The position numbers and the translations under genes were made by a program. Of a stretch of DNA of 62,000 nt, positions 1 through 11,501 are shown in pieces. The stretch spans positions 186,001 through 248,000 of the forward strand of contig NW_019091402.1 of the NCBI RefSeq assembly GCF_001949145.1, given 5' to 3'. Below the pieces are notes generated by a model. The model searched no databases, was not told the DNA's origin, and worked only from the letters and a program-made list of their open reading frames with translations. Numbering within the stretch: position 1 is the stretch's first letter; every line of letters begins with the position of its first letter. The DNA comes from Acanthaster planci. Taxonomy: Eukaryota.

Positions 1-111
1 TGTGACTGACTTGGGATGACTTTAACACATGTCTGTATCTCTCTTCCCGATATCCCTTTTCCTGTTGTTTCATGCTTTAGCTCAGTCCTCTAATCTCTTT
101 GTCCTCCACAG

Positions 112-870
112 AAATGATAATTGGAATAGCAGTTGGCGGTGCGGTACTTGTGGCACTGGGACTGTTAGCAATCTTGCTCTGCGTGAAGAAAAGGTACATG
201 AAGACATCGAATCAACTGGTGCTTAATCTATGCATCATTATGTTATGATGTCATTATATCCAGCAAACCAACCAATTCTCTATGAAAAAATGACACCGAT
301 TTGTTACAAACCGAAGCACTGAAACCTCAGATACGAAATCTGGAAGATCTCCTGATGTTCCGTTTTTCTGTCACTTAACGTGACCTAATTGATTATACAT
401 TCAGTCAAGTTAAAAAAAAACTCTCAAAGATATCTTGTGGATTTTCCAGGAAAAATTCAAGACAGAAGGACCCAGCTGTTGCCATGGCAACCATTGGAGA
501 AAATTTCATCAACAATACGTACGGACTGCCGGAGGTGGTAAGCCAATCAATGCCGGAGCAGTCACCTCCACCCATCTACAGTCAGGTCATCAAAAGAAAG
601 ACCGATTGTGACGACCTGTACGCCACTCCCGATGACGTCACTAGCCCTGTCAAAGAGGACTCGCCTGAAAACCAATCACACAACGCAGGCTTTGTGTCTT
701 TATCACGTGACCAGGAGAGTGGGTGGGTTGAAAACTCGCTGTACGCATGTGAATCGTTTCCAGTCGAGCCTGAAGCGACAATTAACGATTCAGACGGACA
801 AACAAGCACTGGACCGCCACAGAATATGGAAGAAAAATCCAGCTGGGTAGAAAATATCATTTACGAATAG
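112..870 (+). CDS. WSC-Sushi-type receptor paralog 1, 3' part only (TM exon 112-193, cytoplasmic exon 450-870); 5' exons lie upstream of the window
   Basis: Exon 112-193 (cacag|...aag|gtac) encodes the TM segment MIIGIAVGGAVLVALGLLAILLCVKKR. It joins in phase 2 to exon 450-870, giving a tail ending WVENIIYE*. Exon sizes and tail motifs match paralogs 2 and 3. The ectodomain is inferred from the paralogs, not seen. Confidence 0.85.
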
Positions 871-951
871 AAAACAAACCTTGTGCCAACCACCGGATGA
901 GCCGTTTATCATGCAATGGAAGACTAAAAGACTTTGTAGATACCCAGCCTA

Positions 952-1107
952 ATATGTGGGAAAGGGGACCCCCCTAATGTGATGCACAAGTGGAATACCC
1001 TGAGGCTATTGTGCCTACTGCACCCCCTGGAAATCTGAGAGGAATTCCAAAGATTCCACCAACATAAAAGAAGACAAAATAGAGGGGAGTCCCCCTTTGC
1101 CACATAT
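952..1107. mobile_element. Short MITE-like element with ~24-bp imperfect terminal inverted repeats
   Basis: atatgtgggaaaggggacccccct at the left end versus aggggagtccccctttgccacatat at the right end (reverse complement atatgtggcaaagggggactcccct). Confidence 0.45.
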
Positions 1108-4100
1108 CTTGCATCATATGGTATACTGACAGCTGCCTGAATCACGAGAGGTTGAACTCTCGATCGATCGATGGGAATTAATCGCTGTTACAGTACATGC
1201 ACTGTAGGCTAAAATTTAATTCATTACGATTTATGATACAGTTTCTATATTACAAAAAAGAAGTACATTATTCGTCGTCGTCGTCTCTTATGAAATTGAC
1301 GTACAGCTCTTTATCACTCCATTGTTTACTTTTTTACACAGAGTGTGAAAAAAGTGCCCACATCGAACTTTCCGAGTGATTTATGCAGTTATGTTTGAAG
1401 AGTTTTTTGTCACCAAACAGTATAGGGGGCCAACAAAGCATATTTCAAGAGGAATGGTTCAGAGAGGCTTAAATTAATGACTTTTTTTCTGTGTCACTAT
1501 GCATATCCATACGCGAATGTTTAAAAGCATGAAGCTTGTCTTGGAGTAAGACAGCAGGTTTAATACATTCCACCAAAGACATATACCTTTTACTCCATGT
1601 GTTATACTCTACAGAATATCCGAATGTGGCTGATGAATTCCTGTAAGCATGAATATTTTGTACACTGGTTTCCTGTTAATATTCAAATATGTAAATGATA
1701 AAATCTTGACAAAGTAACTGTTTTGCACCAGAACCGTTTACAAGGGAAATAAAATGTAATCTAGCGAAGCTGAATGCTAAAGCTACGTCCCCTCTTCCTT
1801 TTCTTTCGAAACGACTATGAACAGAATATCCTGTCAGGCATTTTTATACACTTTTATCTGAATTATCACAGACAGCAAACGGATAATCGTGCAGGTTACA
1901 GCTTATACAGCAAAGCTTTTTTATTGGCCACACATTGTCCTTGGAGGAATGTAATGTTCAATGCTGATTAATTTGGAATGAGCCGGTAATTTGAAAAGGT
2001 GTCGTCATTCGAGAACAAAGCAACTGACGTCACACGATGAGTTCGAACGTGCATGTATTTAGCGCGTACGAGTAACCCTATACAGCTAAGCAGCACACGG
2101 GCCGACCTCAAGCAGTCCTTTAGTTCTTGAATGACCTTTGGTGCGATTCAGTCTGAGCTTGTGTCGTCTGGATCCAAAACTCACTCCTGCTTCTTGAACA
2201 ACAAACTAACTGCAAAGTACAGGTACTGAGCGCCTCCCATGATTTCTTTAGCCGCTACATATATATATATATTTGGAACGTATTACGGCAAAACTACAGT
2301 CTTTGGGTTCAAATTAATTTTCCCCCAATTAATTAAGGCGGTTGCAACCACTATACAGTGGTGACTAGGTAGGTGAATTCATTATACACGCCCCTTAACA
2401 GGAGCAGACCGCGAAATCGAAACTGGTAAACCCTTTCCGCGAATAGTTCCAACCTACCGTCCTTCAGTCACAGAACGAAGTCTGGGCCGTACACGGCAAC
2501 ACTGTTTTTTTCTTAGTTCGTTCAGGTTGACAATTATCCCCGTGCGATTTACTATACCCGACTGATACGATCTGGCCAAGGCACGTCACAGCGCACACAC
2601 AAGGTATGTCCTCATTCTCAAAGTTTTGCATCTCTCTTGCTGTTTTCCCAACCAGACATCCCGATTTTTCGATTCACCAACCCAGAAAGAACTGTCTGCG
2701 ACTGAGGTGTGTTCCAGTATCTCATACCTCACTGCGTCTTGCAGCTTGAAGTTCACAAAACCGGACACAACTTTGGATGATCGAGGTGCGCTTTGTAACG
2801 GTGGGGTCTGTGTGGGTGCGCTAACCTTACATACCTAGTGTGAACTTGTGAACAAAAGGTGTCCACACGATGCAGGAAGACGTTCTGTGAAGTTACACAT
2901 GTCCACAGGACGTTTCCCCTTCGCTGAAAAAGAGGTTTGGAGGTATTTTGGGGTCGGGGTCATGTGTCGCAAAAGGAAGAGGAATAGTCAAGGAAACCTT
3001 GTACAAAAAGCCAGTTTAAAATCGTGTTCCTTGTTCAAGAAAAACGAGTATTTTCACTGAGTTTTCTGAACTGCACAAAGAGAAAAGAATGTCCACAGTA
3101 GGTATGTAAGGTAAGTGTGTGGAGGGGGGAGTTAACAAGCCCAGAAGTCCAACAGTTTTCCCATGCACTTTAAAGTGCTCCATCTTGATTCCACTTTATA
3201 GCTACGGTCCCACATGTACATTGAGATATGTAATAGTTCAACCGGGACAGAAATTCCGGGATAGTGAATTCCACACGGGTCCAGCAGGAAAGACGACGCA
3301 AGGCTTAATCGTTGCAGACCCCAGAACGCCGGGGTTATCTCACAGGAAGGATGCTGGACTCTGGAATGGAAATGTTACAGAGCAGGGAATTCGATCCAGA
3401 CTTTCATTTAACAACGTACTGATCAAAAAGGTCACAGTGGTTCTGGCTAGGCCTTAGACGTAAACTAACAACACCAGTCCACCAAATACCATTTTTGCGA
3501 ATTTCTTCTCATGAACACCCCGCTTCCACCTACAACTGGTACTTCATCCGCGAACAGTTATTCTAAAAACTTGCCAAAAAATGCCTGGGGCGGCAATGTA
3601 CTTTGACAACTTGTCGGCTGAAAACGAAAAGATTTTTTTAAAAGTTTTCCTGGCTCCAATCAATATATTTTAGAAAAGTTTACAGCAGAATAGTTTTCAA
3701 ATTGACCAGTTTCAGAGCTTCAGGTTTACCCCAAAGAATATCTGAAAAATTGCACAGATAAACAGTTTACCCTTAAATAAATTCTGTTTCATTTTGGTTC
3801 AACTGTAGGAAAATCACCTGCTATGATTCCTCAACACAAATCACGTCTGATGATCTCTCGATTTCAGCGTATGCACATTTGGTTATGGGCTTTGACATTT
3901 CAGCTGGCAATAGTTCCTACTTGGCAGACAATGAACGGTTAGTAGACTTTTGGTTATTTGTGGATTTCTGGGGCATGTAGCGTTGTTACTGTTAGCACAA
4001 GTGGAGAAATGAGCACAGAACCATTTGGTTAGGGGCACTTAAAAATGTTGATCAGTTCACTTAGACAAACTCAGCTTCCCGTCACAAGAAGGGACGGTAT

Positions 4101-5194
4101 GGTTTTCCCTGAGTTTACTGCTAAAGGAAATGTTATTAGGCAGCTTCTGTACGACAATACGTTGTGAAGAGATTGAATTGTCATTCATCAAAGCATTCAA
4201 CTTTGTGCTTTCACATGCACGGGGGTAAATCCCGGGGGATGGGGGTACCTAGGCCTACCCCCCACACTTTTTGAAGTGGGGGATGGGCTATGGAATCACT
4301 CCTCCCACTATTTTGAGAAGAGCAAAATAGCGGATTGCAAGGAATTTTTAGGATTTCCCAACGACTAAAATGTTTGCAATATCCCTGAAAAGGGAAAACA
4401 ATTTTATAAAGCCATAAACATGCCATTTTGATGTAAGATACACATTACAGATGTACATCTTTATCATGCACACTGCCCCCTGTAATAATAGTGTATATGG
4501 TGTAGCCCCCTTCAAATTTTCATAGCCAGGCGAGTCTTCCCCCGCCTTTCCCCATCATCCCACATCTCCCAATTTCCAGCACCGAGTTACGCCACTATTC
4601 AAATGACGTCCATACACTTGGACATGTACAGAAGTACTGTGATGAGAGTTGCACGGTTATCCTGGTACTTATTCTCTGAATTATTTCAATTAACTTCAAC
4701 TTTCACTGTATAGCGTAATTCGACCAGCAGAATTAGAAGCCATTGCTGTGGTGCCGTAACGCTCGTGGACAGGTGGTGTGCGCACGTTACATGCCTCTTC
4801 GACCAACAGGGTGTCGTGATTTGCCAAATGTACGCGCCCGTCAAGATAAAGAATGTGCGTGTGAGTGTGGTGCCACCGCAGTTATGGCGTCTAATCGGAC
4901 TGGTCTATACTGGGATAAGGCTTTTCCAATTTGACACAGCTTATCTACACGTGGTGGCATAATACAGCTTGAAGACAACCTGATATACGCGGTCTAAGAA
5001 ACAGAACTAAATAAAATGAAATAAACTCAAATCACACACACAAAAAACAAATCGCAAAAGAAAAGGAAATAAACCCTACTTAACTTGCAAACCAAGCAAA
5101 AGGAAACCGTACACATTAAAATGTACATGAAGAAAAAACAAGGGGGTTGCAATTTTTCATGTTTCTGATTGAACAAATTTTGATTTGATCGCAG

Positions 5195-8100
5195 TTCCCG
5201 GGTTTATAGGATGTTACACGGATTGCAACAGGTTTGTCGCGTGTACTTTTCGTGCGCTCTCTATTGGAGAGATAAAAAGTGAGGACCAATCAAGTGAGAG
5301 GTGCTTCAAACACTGTCTGAAAGTAACATCGGATAGCTACAGGTACGCCGGACTGGAAAATGGAGATGAATGTTTCTGTGGAAATAGCATCAATGATCAA
5401 GCTAAGAAAACGCAAGACTCCGAGTGCACGACTACGTGCAAGGGAGACGGCAACCAGATCTGTGGGGACTCACACCGCATCTCATTGTATGAAAGTGAGG
5501 CAATGTAACGTAGAGCTGTTGATGTATAACCTTTCAATAAAAGGTGGTGGGAGGGGGGAAATCGAGGTAGATGAGAGAACGAAGCCGTGACTACTAAAAA
5601 TTCTCAAAAACAACTGAAATGACTTTATTTACTCCTTAGCTGTTATTCATCTACACACTTTACAATGATTTAATTTAAACAGCATAATTTAATCCTATTT
5701 ATTCACAGATTTCAAAAAGGGCGGGGGGCACGGGCATTTACGGGGAGGGGGGACAGAAGAAGACAGAAGATGCCCGTGCCACATGGTTGTTTAGACAAAA
5801 CCCATTTCGCGAGTGATTCAGGCACATTACTAATGGATAGATTATATTTAAGAGCAACCAACGCTTCTATGAAGATTTCAGTATTTAAATTACAACTGCA
5901 TTTAAGAAAAACGAAAGTCTTTGGTCACTGTATATATTTAAGCCCTTACTCGCATCATTGGCATGTCAGTGCAGTAGGACTTAAATACTGTACCGAATCA
6001 GTTTCATGAAATATGCAAGGCTGGGTCAACGTTTAACCAACGTTATTCCCGTGTTACACGTGGGCAATACCAAAGTCGAATTACACATGTAATATAAAGA
6101 GCATTGAATCGTTCATGTACGAGGCAACAACAATGCAAAATGCTTTTCTCTCCTTTTTAGGGTGTAGTTAATTTACATTCCTTTAATTTACTTCAGCAAT
6201 TCTTTATTAACTATATACCGTAAACTCGGTGCCACGTTTAAAACTTGCTGATCATGCATATTTTCAACAACTGTTTTAAAATCAGTGGTACTGATTTTAA
6301 GTACACACTGTTTACGGTCTTGAAAACTTCGATTGAGTTTCTTGAATGCTTGCTTTCAATCCCTGTAGTATCCCAAGGCGTGTGCAGTAATGACATTGGA
6401 CCACCGACCAACGGAGACCACACCATCAACAACCCACGTTCACTGGATTACAATCTCAACAACTTCAAGTTCTTCAGGACTCGTGTGGATTTCTCCTGTG
6501 ACGTTGGATATACTCTTCATGGAGCCTCGTTCATTGAATGCATAGACACGGGCTTCAACAACGTCACATGGAGTGACTCGGTACCAACCTGTATGATCAA
6601 TTCGTCGTCAGCAGATCCACCGTCAAGCACAGGTAAGGAAGAATCCATCTACTTTTTTCTCACAAATATTGTTGAATGCATGCAGAAATTCATCTTGTTT
6701 TACGAAACTGTAAGAAAAGGTGCCGTTTTTGCAAAGAGACCAGCTTGGTAAACTGTGCAGAAATGAGAAGCAGTAGAACAGTGCAGGTTTAGAAGTGAGA
6801 GAGGGGAAAAGCTGAAAATATGCCGGGAAAATCACGGGAAGGCTGTAAAAACCGAGTTCACAGGTACAGGTAAGCCTGGGTGGAATTTGAATCCGACGCA
6901 AGCACCCCGTAAGAACTGAATATTTTTAACACAATAAAACACAACATAAAAGAACGTGGAAAGAACTGAAATGTTCACCGTCAAAGCTGATGATGAACAG
7001 AAAACATCTTATCAGATGAGAATCTAAAGTTGGCACGGAGAAAATGACATCATGAAACTCGGCATCCTGACAAGACGGACACAGATTGCCGTGCATCCTG
7101 CACATGCTATCAACATGACCAGATTTAATACTTGTCCTGTGTCCCTAGAGGTGAAATTTATCATGTGACGTATTCTGCATGCACCGCCAACAGCTTGCAA
7201 AATAGATGGCAGCGCCTTGATTTCCCAACCGCAAGCTATACAATTTCCAAGGGAATTAAACATTAGGTTTTCCCGGCGGAATTCATCATCTTTGCACACG
7301 AATTAGCGACAGTTTCATTCAAATTAGCACGAAACAGATTGGCGACCTATATATCACCATTCAACGAGCAAAACTGATCATTTGATTTCATTCCAAGAGC
7401 ATGCGATAATTGCGATTGCACAATCTTGTTATTCATAAAGTGGAGGGTCGGCATTTAGTTTGGAGAAACAGGCAAAAAGCATTCAATTCGCACAGACACT
7501 CCCGCTGTATGTGTTTTGGCGTTCAATTTCGTGAATCGGCAAGCATTTCTGAGATTCGTGCAGTGTTATCCATTAAAAGGTAAATCTTCTAATTCTTTCT
7601 TTTTAATTAGTTTATGCTAAATATTTCATGAAAGGAAACGTTTGGTTCACGGGTAGAGATCTCCATATAAATGCAAATTAAAATTCTTTATTAACAAAAA
7701 TGGACAAAGTGGGGAAATGTCGAAGAAGGATGACAAAAATAGAATGAAACATGAAACATGAAAGCAAAAACATTACTTACAACTGTGGCAAAATAAGAAA
7801 AAGAAGCCATTGTTAAGAGAGCCCGAAAAATCTTAGTGTACTTGCACATTTATGGAGAGTGTGTTTCTTGTGTATAAAATAATAAACTACAAATCAGTAA
7901 ACTGATCTAAAGGACTTTGCTTTCAGCATCCGTGATGAAGGTCAAAGGAGAGTTTCATTTCTACATTTTGATTTAACGGGCAATCAGTACTGGAGTAAAT
8001 GTACCGTATTTTTGATGTAGAATTTGTTTGAAGTATATACAAATATACAAGTACATTCAATTCAATACGAGGGACACACCTCTAGCGTGTTTTCTACTTT

Positions 8101-10102
8101 TAATGTCCCCTTCTGGTCTATTATGAATCTTAATTTGACGTATAAGCCTCTTACCTTGAAGTTTTCTAATTTGAAGGCTCAAAATGCGAACATGATCGCC
8201 CATAGACGAAAATGAAAGTAAAACTCGGGAGAAATTTCTCATTCCAGTTACCCAGCGCGAAATCGAGTAACGGTTACGCACTGTTCAATTGAATGAAATT
8301 GATTTTAAATTGAATTTGTTACAGTACACTATTCGACGCCTGTAAACCAATTTGAAGACTCTACCGTATGAAAAAACCATGGGAGCAACTTAATAAATTG
8401 AACAATAATGAATTTTACTGGGGAGATGACGAATTCGGCCCAGAGACCTATATTACAGAAAATCTCTGCAAACAACCCCTGCGAAGCAGATACGTTACAC
8501 CCCAACAAAACCAAAAAGCCACACAATTTAATCATAAAACTCTACTCTATCCTCAGAAGCTGAAAGGAATCATAAGACAACTTCCGAAGGCCAGGTCAAC
8601 GAAATCGGCGGACGTAAAAGGCAGTTACAAACAGGTATCCAAAAGTATACAGCACTTTCAGGCACTTCATTGCAGATATTCTGCTTAGATCAGTATGTAG
8701 CAAATATTCCTACAGTGTCTTGACGTCTACCCTTTGTGAAAAGTGTGGATCACACTCTAATGCTCAATACGCCTTTTGCGGGTGACCTTTGAATAAAATC
8801 TGGAACACTGAGTTCTTTAAATTCACGGGAACATAATTCAAATTCTTCATACTAAAAAACACTGTTGCCATACCTCATGGTTCGGGGCAAACTTTTGCTT
8901 AGTTAAATTTCTTGCAGTCCATTCCAGAGATGTTGGTCGCCATGCGAAAGCTTGCCCCGAATCACGAGGTGTAGAAACAGCGTATTTAGTCAGTTTACGT
9001 TTGTGTGCAATCGAATAACTCAGTGTACCAGATTTTATTCAAATTTAATTAGCAAATGGCGTATTCAGTACCACTGGAGTTACTCTAACATTTGGGCATT
9101 TTCAGGAAGGTACCATGGCCTGAGAAATTGGTCACTTCTTTCATCAGAGATGATTACTGATGATACGATGGCCTCTGCCTGGGTACGATGCGTGTAAAAA
9201 TAGTCAATGTTACCAATATCTTTTTCTTTCACAGGTACGATAGTCGGCATTGCAGTTGGGGTAACAGCACTGATTATTCTTTTGGCAGTTGTCGTGGGTG
9301 TATGTCAATGGAAGAAAAGGTATCAGCCTGATCTCATTAGTCACTATAAACACTCCTCAGATTTCTCTCATATCAAATAAAATTGTTCTACGAGACCACA
9401 TTACACAGGACTGGTGCAACCATTCTCTTGAAAAATGCCTTAACAACAAACAATATAGCAATACAGCCTACGGCGCAGTGGTATGATCCCAATGGATGTC
9501 TTGCAACCAACAAAAACAAAATTCCAAAAGGGCCTGGGAGAAACGCGCCAATCCTTGTTTCCTAGACATTATATCCATTACATCTTCGCGTTTGGGTACA
9601 ATTAAGTTTTTGTGAATCATTTATATTTGACCACGAACCTGTAACATATAAATCTATAATCATACAGCATATATAACATCTGCAAGTGCAAGATTAATGC
9701 AAAATAGTTATTTGTAAAAGACTGTAACAGCTTGTAAAATTTCACTATTTCAGAGCTAAGAGAGAAACCAGAAGTGTAGATAATGTTGCCATGGCAACAG
9801 TGGAATCCACTTTTACGAATGTGTCCTATGAACAACCGGAAGTAGGGCAGCCCAGCACAGCCCTTGCCATGTCAACCCCGCCCATGTACAGCCAAGTCGC
9901 AAAGAAGCCGCCAGCTGGCGGTGAGGTGTACGCGACAGCTGATGACGTTACTACCCCAGGGAGCATGCCATGCTATCAAGTTGCCGTTCTCTCTCATGAT
10001 GATGAGGAGACAGGATGGGTTGAGAATACAGTATATGGGTGTGAATCATTTCCAATTGAGCTTCCAAACAATCCGCTAACAATGGAAAAAAAACCTAACT
10101 AG
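5195..10102 (+). CDS. WSC-Sushi-stalk-TM receptor paralog 2; exons 5195-5494 (WSC), 6369-6632 (Sushi plus short linker), 8557-8634 (short stalk, probable), 9235-9319 (TM), 9754-10102 (tail); first exon not located
   Basis: All exons have AG/GT ends in compatible phases (1-1-1-1-2). WSC pattern GCY.D..RAL..C..HC..YAGLE...ECFCG..C..CKG...CG..RISLY. Sushi pattern C..PPTNG..V.FSCD.GY.L.G...I.C....WS...PTC. TM GTIVGIAVGVTALIILLAVVVGVC. Confidence 0.8.
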
Positions 10103-11501
10103 ATCAAAACCTGCACTGTGTTCGATAGTACCGGTATATCATTCAAGACATCCTTTTCTATCTTCACCATTAACATCAAGTTCCTGCAACCCAATGAGTT
10201 GGAATATATACATTTCCTTGACTAGATTATTTCTGGCAAGAACTTATGGCCTGAAATTTGATGTGTGAAAAAGTGGCATTGGCGTTACACGTCAAGACGG
10301 CATAGATAAATAATAATTCGCTTTAATTTGCAAAGGTACGGGCATCTGCCGCCACTTTTTGCGCAATGACATAACGCGCTGAAGTAATTTAGCCTAACAA
10401 TTTCACTCGTGATATTTCCCATACGTATAGTTTATACATTGTATGGACAACGTAAATAACGGTGGTGTGTATACAGTTCTGAAGTGTTAACAAAACTCTT
10501 TCTCAATAACGATCGTATACAGGAGATCCGCTTTCAATAATGTGAACAGCATCAATCTATGGGGAAAAAAGAAATGATGTGCTGTATTGTATGCTAATTG
10601 TACCTTATTCAATCACTGTCGGCTCCCAACAGGTTTCTAAAACACAACGCTGACAGTGCAAAAAGCTAGCGGATGAAATGAAAGCTTGTTCATTTACTTC
10701 CTCAAATTAAAGGGAACACTTTGTCAATTCAATACCGTCTGCAACAAACGTTCATTTCCTTACGACTGCAGTGTGGAATGGCATGTTAAATGTAAAATAC
10801 TGAACATGTAATCAAGACGTTATACGCATTTACAGTCGTAATTGAATTATAATTATTACGTAACATCAATCTGGGCTTGTTAAAGTAAATACCTGGAATG
10901 AACTGCACTTAAAGTGTTACAACAGGGAAGTATAACGTTCTAATAGAGAAGTACGACTTGCTAATGCAATTTCAATTCTAATACATGTCTTAATAAACAC
11001 ACCAACGAAATCTGAGGTCTGCCATTCAGTTTCATTTTCTGTTTCTCAATATTAGCCCCCGCCGTGAATAAAATCATGCTGACATTGGGAAGTTGGGGAC
11101 TGTGAGGGTATACAGTTGATTTTGTTTCTGGTTATTGGCGACTGCTTTTTACGATGTCCTGTTGTAAAATCTTGATAAACACGACTAGAGTATTATCCTC
11201 GTTCCCTTTTCATTCTCATATTTTGATTGATTTATAACACCAATGAATTGAATTTTTTATCGGTTTATAGTAACCATTTTTGATAGGTAACCCCCCCCAT
11301 CCAGGCACTTGAACTTCGGTACCCACTTTTGCGCAAGTGCAAAAGCACGCAAGCACTAAAGGAAACCGAATCAAATTCGACAGAGAGTGAAGCCAAAACG
11401 TCCGTTTCATGCAGTATCACGCATGAGACGAACAGTCAAACGAAGCACTACGGGGAAGCACATGAATTATTTCCGACAGTCATTCTCAAGGAATAGTAAC
11501 C

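Noticed and set aside
565..590. Calling PPIYSQV a canonical ITIM
   Set aside because: The -2 residue is Pro, not I/V/L/S; reported as overlapping PPxY/YxxV instead.
484..870. Stand-alone single-exon genes for ORFs 484-870, 9791-10102 and 14119-14499
   Set aside because: Each has an upstream acceptor in phase with a TM exon, so they are terminal exons of the receptor genes.
8368..8688. 106-aa ORF as an independent gene
   Set aside because: No recognisable domain; the stalk homology lies in a different frame (8557-8634).
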